A DNA stretch of 64,000 nucleotides, taken from positions 992,001-1,056,000 of the forward strand of contig JASGHJ010000002.1 of NCBI GenBank assembly GCA_047602405.1, written 5' to 3'. Origin of the DNA: Anaeromyxobacteraceae bacterium (lineage in GTDB: Bacteria; Myxococcota; Myxococcia; Myxococcales; Anaeromyxobacteraceae). Both the position numbers and the translations under genes were made by a program. Positions 41,918 to 51,479 of the stretch are shown here, piece by piece (the first letter of the stretch is position 1; the number at the start of each line of letters is the position of its first letter). A model generated the notes under the pieces. That model had not been told where the DNA came from, did not search any database, and was given only the letters and a program-made list of their open reading frames with translations.

Positions 41918-44377
41918 TCACTCCTCCACCCAGTAGTTCACGACCACGAAGCGCGCGTTGGCTGCCGTCGGGTACGGGTACGCGAAGAGGCCCGCCGTGT
42001 ACGGCTTCTTCCCGGACGGGATGTTCGGGATCCACCCGGAGATGGTGGTCTTGTCCGTCGACCGGTACGAGTGCGCGTAGCCGTAGTGGAACCCGGCCTT
42101 GCCGCCCACGAGCACGCCGCCGGCCACGTTCTGGAACTCGACCCCGACCTGCAGGTTGAACTCGGAGCCGAAGCCCTTCGAGTAGCCCTGGCTGAGCGAG
42201 ATCCCCTGGCCGCCGCCCGCGTAGCCGGTCGTGATCCGGAACGGATCCGGGGTGCGGAAGCCGCCCTGCGTGACCGAGACCGGGATGACGGACTTGTAGT
42301 CCCCGTACTTCTCGTCGTTCCGGATCGGGCCATCCGAGAAGAGGGCCAGCATGTCGGTGCGCTTCGGATAGCTCCACGGGTCGCCGAAGGCCTGCGGCAG
42401 GGCCGCCGCCGGCACCCGCAGCTCCTCCGGGACGGCCGCGTTGTAGAGGTCGACCTCCATCGGGATGATCTTCGGCGTGCGCGGGATCTGCACGGTCACG
42501 TAGGTGCCGACCTGCGCCGCGACCGGCGACGACACGATCTTGTACCGGTACACGTCGATGGGCGTGCTCACGAAGACGACCTGGTTCTCGCCCGGCGGGC
42601 AGTCGAAGCTGCGCGCGGCGGACTGCTCCCACCCCTGCGAGTAGTTCCAGTCCATCGAGGCGTCGACGGTGACCTTGAACTCCGAGCTGCCCGCGCTGCC
42701 CCAGAACGGCGTCTCGGCGCTGTAGCCGAAGGCGATCCCCGCGTAGAAGCCGTAGGTGTTCTGGGACTCGTCCTCGCTCGACGCCTCCCACTCGAACGAG
42801 GTCACGGCGTCGCCGGTGTCCTGGCCCTGGTAGTAGGGCGGCGAGGCGAGCACCGCGAGGATCTGCGGGTTGGAGTAGAGGAGGCCGTAGTCGTCGGGGC
42901 CGCCCTCGTACTGGAGCACGGTCGAGTCGTCGTCCATGTTCACGCCGGTGAGCGTGGTGTGGTGGGCGTCGGCGTCGATGTCGATGCGCTTCAGCTCGTG
43001 GAAGCTCCCGCTCCCGTAGCCCCAGAGCTGGAGCCACTGGTCGTTCGACACGAACGCGACCTCGTCGCGCGCGTCGCCGTTGAAGTCGCCGGTGATGACC
43101 TTGTCCCAGTAGGCGACCGGGAGGACCAGGCCGGACCACTTGTGCGCGAGGTTCCCGTCGGCGTCGAGGCCGAGGATGTACCGGTACGCGAGGACCTCCT
43201 TCTTCGCCCCACCGCTCGGCCCGTCCGCGTCGAGGACCGCGACGGCGGGGAGCCACTGCGCCTCCCAGTCCCCGCTCGACATCCCGACGCGCAGGGTGGT
43301 GCGGGAGCTCCGGCCCTTCGCCACGGGGTCGTAGCCGATGGCCGTGACCGACATCGTGCTCGTGTACGGGACCGCCTCGCCCGCGAGCACGATCTCGTTC
43401 AGGTGGTCGCCGTCGAGGTCGCCGATGGCGACCCGGGCGTACCCGTAGGACCTGCCGCCCGCGGCGGTCGACTCCTTCGGCGTGAAGCCGGTCCCGCTGC
43501 TCAGCTCCGCGAGCGTGGTGCCGTTCCAGCGGTAGAGGTACATCGTCCCCTCGACGTTTCCGTAGACGCCGTTCATCACCACCAGCTCCGGGAGCGGGTC
43601 GGTGTCGACGTTCCCGATCGCGAGCGTGGTGACCTGCCCGTCCGTCCCGGCCTGGTAATCGTGGGCGAGGACCTTCAGGAACTGATCGGGCGCGTAGCGC
43701 AGCACCACGAGGTGCCCGCCCGCGACGAGCGCGAGCTCGTCCTTGGCGTCCCCGTCGAGGTCGCCGCTCGCGATCATCAGGCCGGAGTACGGGCCGAGCC
43801 GCTGGGAGAAGGTGAGGTTGTCGGCGAGCTCGTACTCGGCCGACTGCTCGTAGCCTGCGCCCACGCGCCGGATGACGCGCAAGAAGGTCTTCATCGGGTT
43901 GACGGCGCGGTTCTGGTAGAGCACCAGCACTTCCTCGCGCCCGTCGCCGTCGAGGTCCGCGGCGCAGGAGGCCGCGTTGTAGCTGGTCCAGGTCTCGTCG
44001 CTCGTGTTGGTGAAGAGCGGGCCGTAGGCGGGGGTCGCCTTCCCGTCGTCGAGCAGGACCTGCCGCCGGCCGAGGTAGGGCGCGAGGAAGTGCGTCGCGT
44101 CGGTGGTCTTCACTCCGGACAGGTAGAGCTCGGTCCGGCGCTGGTAGATCGTGTTCCGCTTCCCGAGCGGATGGACCGTGGCGGCGTCGGTGCGCGGCGG
44201 GAGGTTCGTCGGCACGTTGAGCTTCTCGAGCATGGGGCGGTCGTCGGGCGCCGTCTTCTTCCCGCCACCTCCGCACGCGATGGCGACCGCCGCGAGCAGG
44301 AGGATCCCCAGGAGAGAAAGGGCAGGGCGGATGCCCGCGCTGCCGCTCGACGCCGCTGCGACGCTCCTCGATCCCAT
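41918..44377 (-). CDS. FG-GAP/VCBS repeat lipoprotein
   Basis: GGAGGA RBS; lipobox AIAC; repeated (G/A)DLDGDG.DE motifs; C-terminal beta-rich domain. Confidence 0.85.
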   Translation of the reverse strand: MGSRSVAAASSGSAGIRPALSLLGILLLAAVAIACGGGGKKTAPDDRPMLEKLNVPTNLPPRTDAATVHPLGKRNTIYQRRTELYLSGVKTTDATHFLAPYLGRRQVLLDDGKATPAYGPLFTNTSDETWTSYNAASCAADLDGDGREEVLVLYQNRAVNPMKTFLRVIRRVGAGYEQSAEYELADNLTFSQRLGPYSGLMIASGDLDGDAKDELALVAGGHLVVLRYAPDQFLKVLAHDYQAGTDGQVTTLAIGNVDTDPLPELVVMNGVYGNVEGTMYLYRWNGTTLAELSSGTGFTPKESTAAGGRSYGYARVAIGDLDGDHLNEIVLAGEAVPYTSTMSVTAIGYDPVAKGRSSRTTLRVGMSSGDWEAQWLPAVAVLDADGPSGGAKKEVLAYRYILGLDADGNLAHKWSGLVLPVAYWDKVITGDFNGDARDEVAFVSNDQWLQLWGYGSGSFHELKRIDIDADAHHTTLTGVNMDDDSTVLQYEGGPDDYGLLYSNPQILAVLASPPYYQGQDTGDAVTSFEWEASSEDESQNTYGFYAGIAFGYSAETPFWGSAGSSEFKVTVDASMDWNYSQGWEQSAARSFDCPPGENQVVFVSTPIDVYRYKIVSSPVAAQVGTYVTVQIPRTPKIIPMEVDLYNAAVPEELRVPAAALPQAFGDPWSYPKRTDMLALFSDGPIRNDEKYGDYKSVIPVSVTQGGFRTPDPFRITTGYAGGGQGISLSQGYSKGFGSEFNLQVGVEFQNVAGGVLVGGKAGFHYGYAHSYRSTDKTTISGWIPNIPSGKKPYTAGLFAYPYPTAANARFVVVNYWVEE

Positions 44378-44695
44378 GATGTCCTCCCAGGGGCCCGCGC
44401 GCCGCGGTCGAGACAGGGGTGCCCGGGTCCGGAGCCGGGCGGGGACCGCGCGTCAGGGCCAAGACCTCCTCTTTCACCCCGTGTGAGGCCCCGCAAGCCG
44501 GCGTGGCGGGGCCCCACCGACGTCGGTGGGCGCGTACGCACGGTCCGCGTGTCCGTGAGTGGATTCGCGTGCCTCCGCCGAGGGTGCGCGGGTGACTCCC
44601 GCCTTCGGGGTGCGGCGCGGTGCGCCTGGCGCGGGCGCCGCCGGAATCGCGCGCGGCGCGATGAGTCGCACCCGTCCACGGGGTACACTCCCCAG

Positions 44696-44956
44696 GTGGA
44701 CGCGAGGGAGCGCAAGCAGACCGCGGAGCGAGCAGGGGAGACCCTGCTCGCCGGCGACCGCAAGGGCGCCGTGGCGACGGTGCGGTCGCTCTTCACCCTC
44801 TCCGAGCTGCGCGAGCTCGAGGCCGGGGCCGACGAGGACGCCCGCACCGCGGCGCGCCTCCTCGTGGCGCACTTCATGCCCTCGACCTGGGAGGAGGCGG
44901 AGTTCCTGGTCGCCTTCGCGCTCCGGTGGACGCGCGACCCCGGCCCGGCCCGGTGA
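44696..44956 (+). CDS. Hypothetical 86-aa protein
   Basis: TACACT box 6 nt before GTG; helical composition and host codon usage. Confidence 0.5.
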   Translation: MDARERKQTAERAGETLLAGDRKGAVATVRSLFTLSELRELEAGADEDARTAARLLVAHFMPSTWEEAEFLVAFALRWTRDPGPAR

Positions 44957-44998
44957 CCCGTCCCGGGCCGCCGGCGGCGCCGCACGCGGGCGCCGGGG

Positions 44999-45646
44999 TC
45001 ACCGCGGCTTGCGGAGCACCCACAGCGCGTACGTGACGGCGGCGCCCGCGGCGTGGGTCCAGCCGTGGACGTGCTCGCAGCGGATCGGCTCGAGCGCCGC
45101 GCCGCTGAACGCGGCCTGCATCTCGCCGGGCGTGAAGCGCTGGACGGCGAGGGGCCGCCCCTCGACGTCCGGGGCCGGCAGCTCGAGCGCAGGCGGCTCG
45201 TCGTCGGCCCGCTCCGTGATGCCGAGGAGGAGCGCGCCGCCCGGACGCGCCGCGCCCGCGAGCCGGCCGATCACGCCCGGCAGGTCCTCGCAGAACTCGA
45301 AGGAGCCGATCATGAGGACCGCGTCGAAGGGCGGCGCGAGCGCGGGAGGGAAGGGCCGATGGAACGAGCCCACCTCCCAGGTCCCCGCGGGCCGCGCGCG
45401 CCGGGCGAGCGCGATCATCCGCGGCGAGAGGTCGAGGCCGCTGACCGCGACCGCGCCGTCGAGGTGGGCGGTGAGGTTGCCCGGTCCGCAACCCACGTCG
45501 AGCACCCGTCCACCCGGGCGCGCGTGCGCCTCGAGGAACCGCGCGACGTGCGCCGGGTACCCGGTCCGCGCCGCGGCGAACTCCGCGTAACCGTCCGCAC
45601 GCCCGTCGTAGAGCGCCCGGACCCGCTGCTCGTCGCCTCCGCTCAC
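44999..45646 (-). CDS. Class I SAM-dependent methyltransferase
   Basis: VLDVGCGPG, GLDLSPRMI, FDAV, RPGG. Confidence 0.9.
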   Translation of the reverse strand: MSGGDEQRVRALYDGRADGYAEFAAARTGYPAHVARFLEAHARPGGRVLDVGCGPGNLTAHLDGAVAVSGLDLSPRMIALARRARPAGTWEVGSFHRPFPPALAPPFDAVLMIGSFEFCEDLPGVIGRLAGAARPGGALLLGITERADDEPPALELPAPDVEGRPLAVQRFTPGEMQAAFSGAALEPIRCEHVHGWTHAAGAAVTYALWVLRKPR

Positions 45647-45690
45647 GGGCGCCCTGCCTGGCCGGACGGCTGAACGGCCGGATTGCTGAG

Positions 45691-45763
45691 TGACCCCACG
45701 GGGATTCGAACCCCGGTTACAGCCTTGAAAGGGCCGTGTCCTAGGCCTCTAGACGATGGGGCC
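45691..45763 (-). tRNA. tRNA-Glu (TTC)
   Basis: GGCCCCATCGTCTAGAGGCCTAGGACACGGCC-CTTTCAA-GGCTG...GTTCGAATCCCCGTGGGGTCA cloverleaf; CCA not encoded. Confidence 0.95.
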
Positions 45764-45774
45764 GGGGGGTCGGG

Positions 45775-45803
45775 AACCTAGCCTCCGGGGGATGCGCTGT
45801 AAA
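45775..45803 (-). promoter_or_regulatory. sigma70-type promoter of tRNA-Glu(TTC)
   Basis: TTTACA-17 nt-TAGGTT. Confidence 0.7.
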
Positions 45804-45809
45804 GCCATG

Positions 45810-45842
45810 AAAGAACGCCCGGCTCGTTGCCGAGCCGGGCGT
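45810..45842 (-). terminator. Intrinsic terminator after tRNA-Glu(CTC)
   Basis: 12-bp perfect stem ACGCCCGGCTCG/CGAGCCGGGCGT followed by TCTTT on the minus strand. Confidence 0.75.
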
Positions 45843-45851
45843 CGAATCGTT

Positions 45852-45924
45852 TGACCCCACAGGGATTCGAACCCCGGTTTCCGCCCTGAGGAGGCAGCGT
45901 CCTGGGCCTCTAGACGATGGGGTC
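45852..45924 (-). tRNA. tRNA-Glu (CTC) with atypical anticodon loop
   Basis: GACCCCATCGTCTAGAGGCCCAGGACGCTGCC-TCCTCAG-GGCGG...GTTCGAATCCCTGTGGGGTCA. Confidence 0.85.
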
Positions 45925-45931
45925 GCGGGCG

Positions 45932-45960
45932 TAACTACCCGACCTCGCCGTGGCTGTAAA
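45932..45960 (-). promoter_or_regulatory. sigma70-type promoter of tRNA-Glu(CTC)
   Basis: TTTACA-17 nt-TAGTTA. Confidence 0.65.
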
Positions 45961-46014
45961 GACCCTGACCACCCAGGCGGGCCAAGCGTCGGAGGGCGTT
46001 CGCGAGAGCGAATC

Positions 46015-46731
46015 TCAGCCGCGGCGTGGCGCCGGAGAGGCCTCGGGCGCCGGCGTGCGCGTGGGCACCACGGGCGCGCCGTGGGGTCGCCAGACGGTGC
46101 CCTTCACGAGATCCCACAGCGGCACGGTCACGTTGAAGTTCCAGCGCGCCATGAGGTGCGGCGCGTGGTGGCGCTGGTGGTGCCGGCGCAGGAAGGCGAT
46201 CCCGGGGAGGCGGCCGACCCAGGAGTCCGGGGGCAGGTGGTAGGCGAGGTGCAGCCACTCGTACGCGAGCAGGTAGAGCACCGCCGAGGCGATCCACAGC
46301 AGCCCGAGGTTCCGCTGCCCGAGGGCGGCGAGCGCGATCGCGAGCGGCGCCATGAGGGCGACGAGGCCCGGGAAGGCGAGGGCGGGGAGGAGCACCATCC
46401 GGAGCTCGCGGCGGTCGCGGATGGCGAGGTCCTCGCTCACGAAGACGGCGTGGTGCATCGGGGTGTGGCGCAGGTACAACGTCTCGAGGAAGCGCACCCG
46501 GCGGTGGAGGACCCCGCGGTGCACGTGCCACTCGACGACGTTGCCCACGACGAGGAAGGCGGGGACGAACGCGAGCTGCCAGGCGGTGACGTCCTGGAGC
46601 AGGTGGAGGGCGACCGACGCGACGCCGAGTGCCACCAGGCTGGGGGAGGCGAGGTGGAGCCCGGGCGAGTACCAGCCCGGAATGCCCGCCAGGAGGTGGG
46701 ACCTGAGCTCGCTCCTGCCCGCGCCGGTCAC
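46015..46731 (-). CDS. Fatty acid hydroxylase / sterol desaturase family protein
   Basis: His boxes EWHVHRGVLH, HTPMHH, YEWLHLAYH, RRHHQRHH; NFNVT.PLWD..KGT; start adjusted. Confidence 0.88.
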   Translation of the reverse strand: MTGAGRSELRSHLLAGIPGWYSPGLHLASPSLVALGVASVALHLLQDVTAWQLAFVPAFLVVGNVVEWHVHRGVLHRRVRFLETLYLRHTPMHHAVFVSEDLAIRDRRELRMVLLPALAFPGLVALMAPLAIALAALGQRNLGLLWIASAVLYLLAYEWLHLAYHLPPDSWVGRLPGIAFLRRHHQRHHAPHLMARWNFNVTVPLWDLVKGTVWRPHGAPVVPTRTPAPEASPAPRRG

Positions 46732-46844
46732 GTTTACAGGTAGGCGACGCCGCGCCCCGCGGGCAAGGGGGCGGGGCACGTGAACCTCGGGTGCCCTCCG
46801 CGGTGTGCGGCGCGGGGCCTCGCACGGTCCGTCCGGAAGCGCGC

Positions 46845-47783
46845 CTACGCCGCGGGCGGCGCCTCCTCGAACAGCCAGGTGGACAGGTACCGCTCGCCGG
46901 TGTCGGGCAGCACGACGACGATGAGCTTCCCGGCGTTCTCGGGCCGCCTCGCGACCTCGCGGGCCGCCCAGGCGGCGCCGCCGCAGGAGATGCCCGAGAG
47001 GATGCCCTCCTCCTTGCAGAGGCGGCGCGCCATCTCGCCCGAGTCCTCGTTCGTGACCGCGATGACCTCGTCGAGGACCTTCACGTTCAGGACCTTCGGG
47101 ACGAAGCCGGGGCCCCAGCCCTGGATCTTGTGCTTGCCGGGCTTCCCGCCCGCGATCACCGGGGAGTCCTTGGGCTCGGCGGCGACGATGCGGATGCCGG
47201 GCTTGCGCGCCTTCAGCACCTCGCCGACGCCGGTGATGGTGCCGCCGGTGCCGGTGCCGCCGACGAAGACGTCCACCTTGCCGTCGGTGTCGCGCCAGAT
47301 CTCCTCGGCCGTCGTGCGGCGGTGGATCTCCGGGTTGGCGGGGTTGTCGAACTGCTGCAGCACGAGGTAGCTCGGGTCGCTCTTCGCGAGCTCCTCGGCC
47401 TTGCGGATGGCGCCCGGCATGCCCTCCGCGCCCGGGGTGAGCACGAGCTTCGCGCCGAGCGCCGCGAGGAGCTTGCGGCGCTCGATCGACATCGTGTCGG
47501 GCATCGTGAGGACGATGGGGTAGCCCTTCGCCGCGGCGGCGAACGCGAGCCCGATCCCGGTGTTGCCGGAGGTGGGCTCGAGCAGCACGGTGCCCTTCTT
47601 GATCTTCCCGTCGCGCTCGGCGGCCTCGATCATCGCGACGCCGATGCGGTCCTTCACGCTCGAGAGCGGGTTGAAGCTCTCGAGCTTCGCGACCACCGTG
47701 GCGCGCGCGCCGTCCATCACGCGGTTGAGCCTCACGAGCGGCGTGTTGCCGACGAGCTGGGTGACGTTCTCCGCGATCTTCAT
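46845..47783 (-). CDS. cysK: Cysteine synthase A
   Basis: [51 protein letters not shown]. Confidence 0.96.
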   Translation of the reverse strand: MKIAENVTQLVGNTPLVRLNRVMDGARATVVAKLESFNPLSSVKDRIGVAMIEAAERDGKIKKGTVLLEPTSGNTGIGLAFAAAAKGYPIVLTMPDTMSIERRKLLAALGAKLVLTPGAEGMPGAIRKAEELAKSDPSYLVLQQFDNPANPEIHRRTTAEEIWRDTDGKVDVFVGGTGTGGTITGVGEVLKARKPGIRIVAAEPKDSPVIAGGKPGKHKIQGWGPGFVPKVLNVKVLDEVIAVTNEDSGEMARRLCKEEGILSGISCGGAAWAAREVARRPENAGKLIVVVLPDTGERYLSTWLFEEAPPAA

Positions 47784-47834
47784 GGCGAGCCTCCGTTATG
47801 ACGGAGGCATCCATAGGATTGGAGAACCGTCCTG

Positions 47835-50800
47835 TCAAGCGGACGCGGGCGCCGGCCACACCAGGCGGCGCGCGGGCGCCCGCAGGGCGAGGTACCGCCA
47901 GGTGGCCCAGCCGACGACGGCGGCGGGGGCGAGCGCGAGGAGCGCCCACGCCCAGCCCGGCAGCGCGACGTAGAAGGCGAGCGCGAGGACGAGCGCGAGC
48001 CCGGCCCAGCCCGCCCGCTGCGCGAGGGCGAGCCGCGCGAGCGCCGCCTGGCCGGCGGGGTGGAGCACCGCGAGCCGCTCCCAGAGGATTTGCTCCTGGC
48101 GCCAGTAGGTGTAGACGACCGGGATGATCTCGAGCGTGAGGAAGGCGCTCGTGAGGAGCCCGCCCACCATGGGCGCCGCGATCCGCTTCATCACGTCGGC
48201 GCCGGAGCCGGTGGCCCACAGGAGCGGCAACAGGCCCGCGAGCATCGTCGCGACCGTCATCAGCTTCGGCCGCACCCGCTGCACCGTCCCCTCCATGTGC
48301 GCCCAGATGATGTCGGAGAGGTCGCGGATCTTGCCGGCCGCCCGGCGCCGCTCGTACGCGTGATCGATGTAGACGATCATCACGACGCCGGTCTGCGCGG
48401 CGAGCCCGACGAGCGCGATGATGCCCACCCAGACCGCGGTCGACATCCGGTAGTCGAGCAGCCACAGGAGCCACACGCTGCCCACGAGCGCGAACGGGAT
48501 CGAGAGGAGGACGATCAGCACCTCGGTGAAGTTCCGGAAGTGCAGCCAGAGCAGCACCACCACGAGGAGGAGCGTCAGCGGCACCACGATCCGCATCCGC
48601 GCCTGCATCTCCTCGAGGAGCTCGTACTGGCCGGTCCACTCGAGGACGTAGCCCTCCGGCATGCGCACCGCCCCGGCGTCCTGGGCGGCCCGCACGGCGA
48701 GCTTCGCGTCCCCCACGTACCCGCCCACGTCGCGCGCGACCGGGTCGATGTCGACGTACACGTAGCCCGCGAGGAGGCCGTTCTCGTCGCGGATCATCGG
48801 CGGGCCGGAGACGATGCGGACGTCGGCGAGGAGGCCGAGCGGCACGAAGCGCGGCCCGGTCCGGTCGTTCGGGTCGGGCGCCTCGAGCGCCCTCTGGTCC
48901 GGGCCGACGAGCCCCTCGAGCAGGTTCGGGGCGTCGGACGCGACGGGGGAGGGGCCTGCGCCGGCCGCGCCCGAGCCGCCGCCCATCTGCGCGAGCAGGA
49001 GCGGCGGGAGCGTGCCGCCCATCTTCCCCTTGCCGCCCTTGCCGCCGCCCACCGGGACCATGAGGCCGCGCAGGCGATCGAGGTCGCTGCGGAGGTCCTG
49101 CGGGTACCGCACGTTCACGGTGAAGCGGTTGCGCCCCTCGACCGTGACGCTGATGGGCGTGCCGCCGACCGCCGCCTCGACGATCCGGTTCACGTCCCCG
49201 ACGGTGAGCCCGTAGCGCGCGAGCGCGTCGCGCTTCGGCACGACGTCGAGGTACATGCCGCCGGTGTTGCGGTCGTAGAAGGCGCTGCGGGTGCCGGGCA
49301 CCTTCGCGAGCACGCCCTCGAGCGCGACGCCCACCTTCTCGATCTCGGTGAGGCTGGTGCCGAGGACCTTCACGCCGACCGGCGTGCGCACGCCGGTGGA
49401 GAGCATGTCCACCCGGGCGCGGATGGGCATGGTGTAGGCGTTCGTCCAGCCCGGGAAGCGCATCGCGGCGCCCATCTCGTCGACGAGCTCGTCGAACCCG
49501 ATGCGGCGCTCGTCCGGCCAGAGCGGGCGCAGCACGGGGCCGAGGAACGCCGGGCCGCCGGACCACCAGCGGTCCTGGTGCACCTTCCGCCACGCCTCGC
49601 GCGGGCGGAGCCGGACCGTGGTCTCGACCATCGTGAGCGGGGCGGGGTCGGTCGCGGTCTCGGCGCGCCCGGCCTTCCCGAAGACCGAGGCGACCTCCGG
49701 GAACCCGCGCAGCACCCGGTCCTGCGCCTGGACCTGCCGCTTCGCCTCCTCGATCGAGAGCCCGGGGAAGGTCGTCGGCATGTAGAGCACGTCGCCCTCG
49801 TTGAGGGGCGGCATGAACTCCGAGCCGAGCCGGAGCGCGAGCGGGACCGCCGAGAGCACCGCCAGGAGCCCGATCGCGACCGTGGAGAGGGGCCGGCGCA
49901 GCGCGACGAAGACGAACGGCTGGTAGAGCCGCTGGATGAAGCGGGAGACCGGGTGCTCCGACTCGGGCCGGATCTTGCCGGAGAGGAGGAGGTCGCGGAG
50001 CGCCGGCGCGAAGGTGATGGAGAGCACCGCCGCCGAGAGCATGACGAAGGTCTTCGTCCAGGCGAGCGGGGTGAAGAGCCGGGCCGCCTGGCCGGTGAGC
50101 GTGAACACCGGCAGGAAGGCGACCGCGATGACGAGCAGGGAGAAGAAGAGGGCGGGGGTGACCTCGCGGGCGGCCTCGGCGAGGAGCCGGTGCCGGTCGG
50201 CGCCGGGCGGGGCCCGCTCGAGCTTCTTGTGCGAGGCCTCGATCATCACGATCTCGGCGTCCACCGTGGCCCCGAGCGCGATGGCGATGCCGCCGAGGCT
50301 CATGATGGTGGCCGGGATGTCGAGGAGCGCCATCGGGATGAGGCTCACCGCGACCGCCACCGGGATCGACAGGATGGGCAGCACCGCCGAGCGGACGTGG
50401 AGCAGGAAGAGCAGGATCACCGCGGCGACGACGACGGCCTCCTCGGTGAGCGCCCGGCGGAGCGTCGCGATCGACCGCTCGATGAGCCCGGAGCGGTCGT
50501 AGGCCACCTCGACCCGGACGCCCTCCGGCATCGACGGCTCGAGCTCGTGCAGCTTCTGCTTCACCCGGGAGATGACGTCGAGCGCGTTCTCGCGGTGGCG
50601 CATGACCACGATGCCGCCCACCGCCTCGCCCTCCCCGTTCCAGTCGAGGAGGCCCCGGCGGATGTCCGGGCCGAAGCGGACCGTGCCCACGTCGCGCACC
50701 AGCACCGGCGCGCCGCCCGGGCCGGAGGCCTTCACGGCCACCCGCTCGAGGTCGGGCAGCTCCTGCACGTAGCCGCGCCCGCGCACGTAGTACTCGCGGC

Positions 50801-51476
50801 CGCTCATCTCGACCACCCGGCCGCCCACGTCGTCGTTCGAGTCGCGGACCGCGTCGATGACGTCGGCGAGCGTGACCCCGAAGGCGCGCAGCTTCACCGG
50901 GTCGACCGTCACCTGGTACTGCTTCTGGAAGCCGCCGACGCTCGCCACCTCGGCGACGCCCGGCACGCTGCCGAGCGCGTAGCGCAGGGTGAAGTCCTGG
51001 AAGGTGCGGAGCTCGTCGAGCCCGTGCCGCCCGCTGTCGTCGACGAGCGTGTACTGGAAGGTCCAGCCGATGCCGGTGGCGTCCGGCCCGAGCGTCGGGG
51101 TCACGCCCTGGGGCAGGCGCTGGGAGATCGCGGAGAGGTACTCGAGCACGCGGCTGCGCGCCCAGTACAGGTCGGTGCCCTCCTCGAAGATGACGTACAC
51201 GAACGACATCCCGAACATCGAGTAGCCGCGGACGTCGGTCACCTTCGGCGCGGAGAGCAGCGCCGAGACCACCGGGTAGGTGACCTGGTCCTCGACGAGC
51301 GTCGGGCTGCGCCCCATCCACTCGGAGTAGACGATCACCTGCGGGTCGGAGAGGTCCGGCACCGCGTCGAGCTTGAGGTTCCGCGCCGCCCAGACCGAGC
51401 CCGCCAGCGAGGCGAGCACGCCGAGCAGGACCAGGGCGCGGTTCTTCGCCGAGAACTCGATGACCCGGGAGACCAT
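47835..51476 (-). CDS. cusA: CusA/SilA-type heavy-metal RND efflux permease
   Basis: LDAVPDLSDPQVI, LGPDATG.GW, IMSLGGIAIA, GSEFMPPLNEGD.LYMP, TDPAPLTM.ET, RVRPKLMT, MKRIAAPMVGG. Confidence 0.93.
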   Translation of the reverse strand: MVSRVIEFSAKNRALVLLGVLASLAGSVWAARNLKLDAVPDLSDPQVIVYSEWMGRSPTLVEDQVTYPVVSALLSAPKVTDVRGYSMFGMSFVYVIFEEGTDLYWARSRVLEYLSAISQRLPQGVTPTLGPDATGIGWTFQYTLVDDSGRHGLDELRTFQDFTLRYALGSVPGVAEVASVGGFQKQYQVTVDPVKLRAFGVTLADVIDAVRDSNDDVGGRVVEMSGREYYVRGRGYVQELPDLERVAVKASGPGGAPVLVRDVGTVRFGPDIRRGLLDWNGEGEAVGGIVVMRHRENALDVISRVKQKLHELEPSMPEGVRVEVAYDRSGLIERSIATLRRALTEEAVVVAAVILLFLLHVRSAVLPILSIPVAVAVSLIPMALLDIPATIMSLGGIAIALGATVDAEIVMIEASHKKLERAPPGADRHRLLAEAAREVTPALFFSLLVIAVAFLPVFTLTGQAARLFTPLAWTKTFVMLSAAVLSITFAPALRDLLLSGKIRPESEHPVSRFIQRLYQPFVFVALRRPLSTVAIGLLAVLSAVPLALRLGSEFMPPLNEGDVLYMPTTFPGLSIEEAKRQVQAQDRVLRGFPEVASVFGKAGRAETATDPAPLTMVETTVRLRPREAWRKVHQDRWWSGGPAFLGPVLRPLWPDERRIGFDELVDEMGAAMRFPGWTNAYTMPIRARVDMLSTGVRTPVGVKVLGTSLTEIEKVGVALEGVLAKVPGTRSAFYDRNTGGMYLDVVPKRDALARYGLTVGDVNRIVEAAVGGTPISVTVEGRNRFTVNVRYPQDLRSDLDRLRGLMVPVGGGKGGKGKMGGTLPPLLLAQMGGGSGAAGAGPSPVASDAPNLLEGLVGPDQRALEAPDPNDRTGPRFVPLGLLADVRIVSGPPMIRDENGLLAGYVYVDIDPVARDVGGYVGDAKLAVRAAQDAGAVRMPEGYVLEWTGQYELLEEMQARMRIVVPLTLLLVVVLLWLHFRNFTEVLIVLLSIPFALVGSVWLLWLLDYRMSTAVWVGIIALVGLAAQTGVVMIVYIDHAYERRRAAGKIRDLSDIIWAHMEGTVQRVRPKLMTVATMLAGLLPLLWATGSGADVMKRIAAPMVGGLLTSAFLTLEIIPVVYTYWRQEQILWERLAVLHPAGQAALARLALAQRAGWAGLALVLALAFYVALPGWAWALLALAPAAVVGWATWRYLALRAPARRLVWPAPASA

Positions 51477-51479
51477 CGG

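Noticed and set aside
30433..45763. Genomic island integrated at tRNA-Glu
   Set aside because: No integrase, no duplicated tRNA 3' end seen, and codon usage is host-like.
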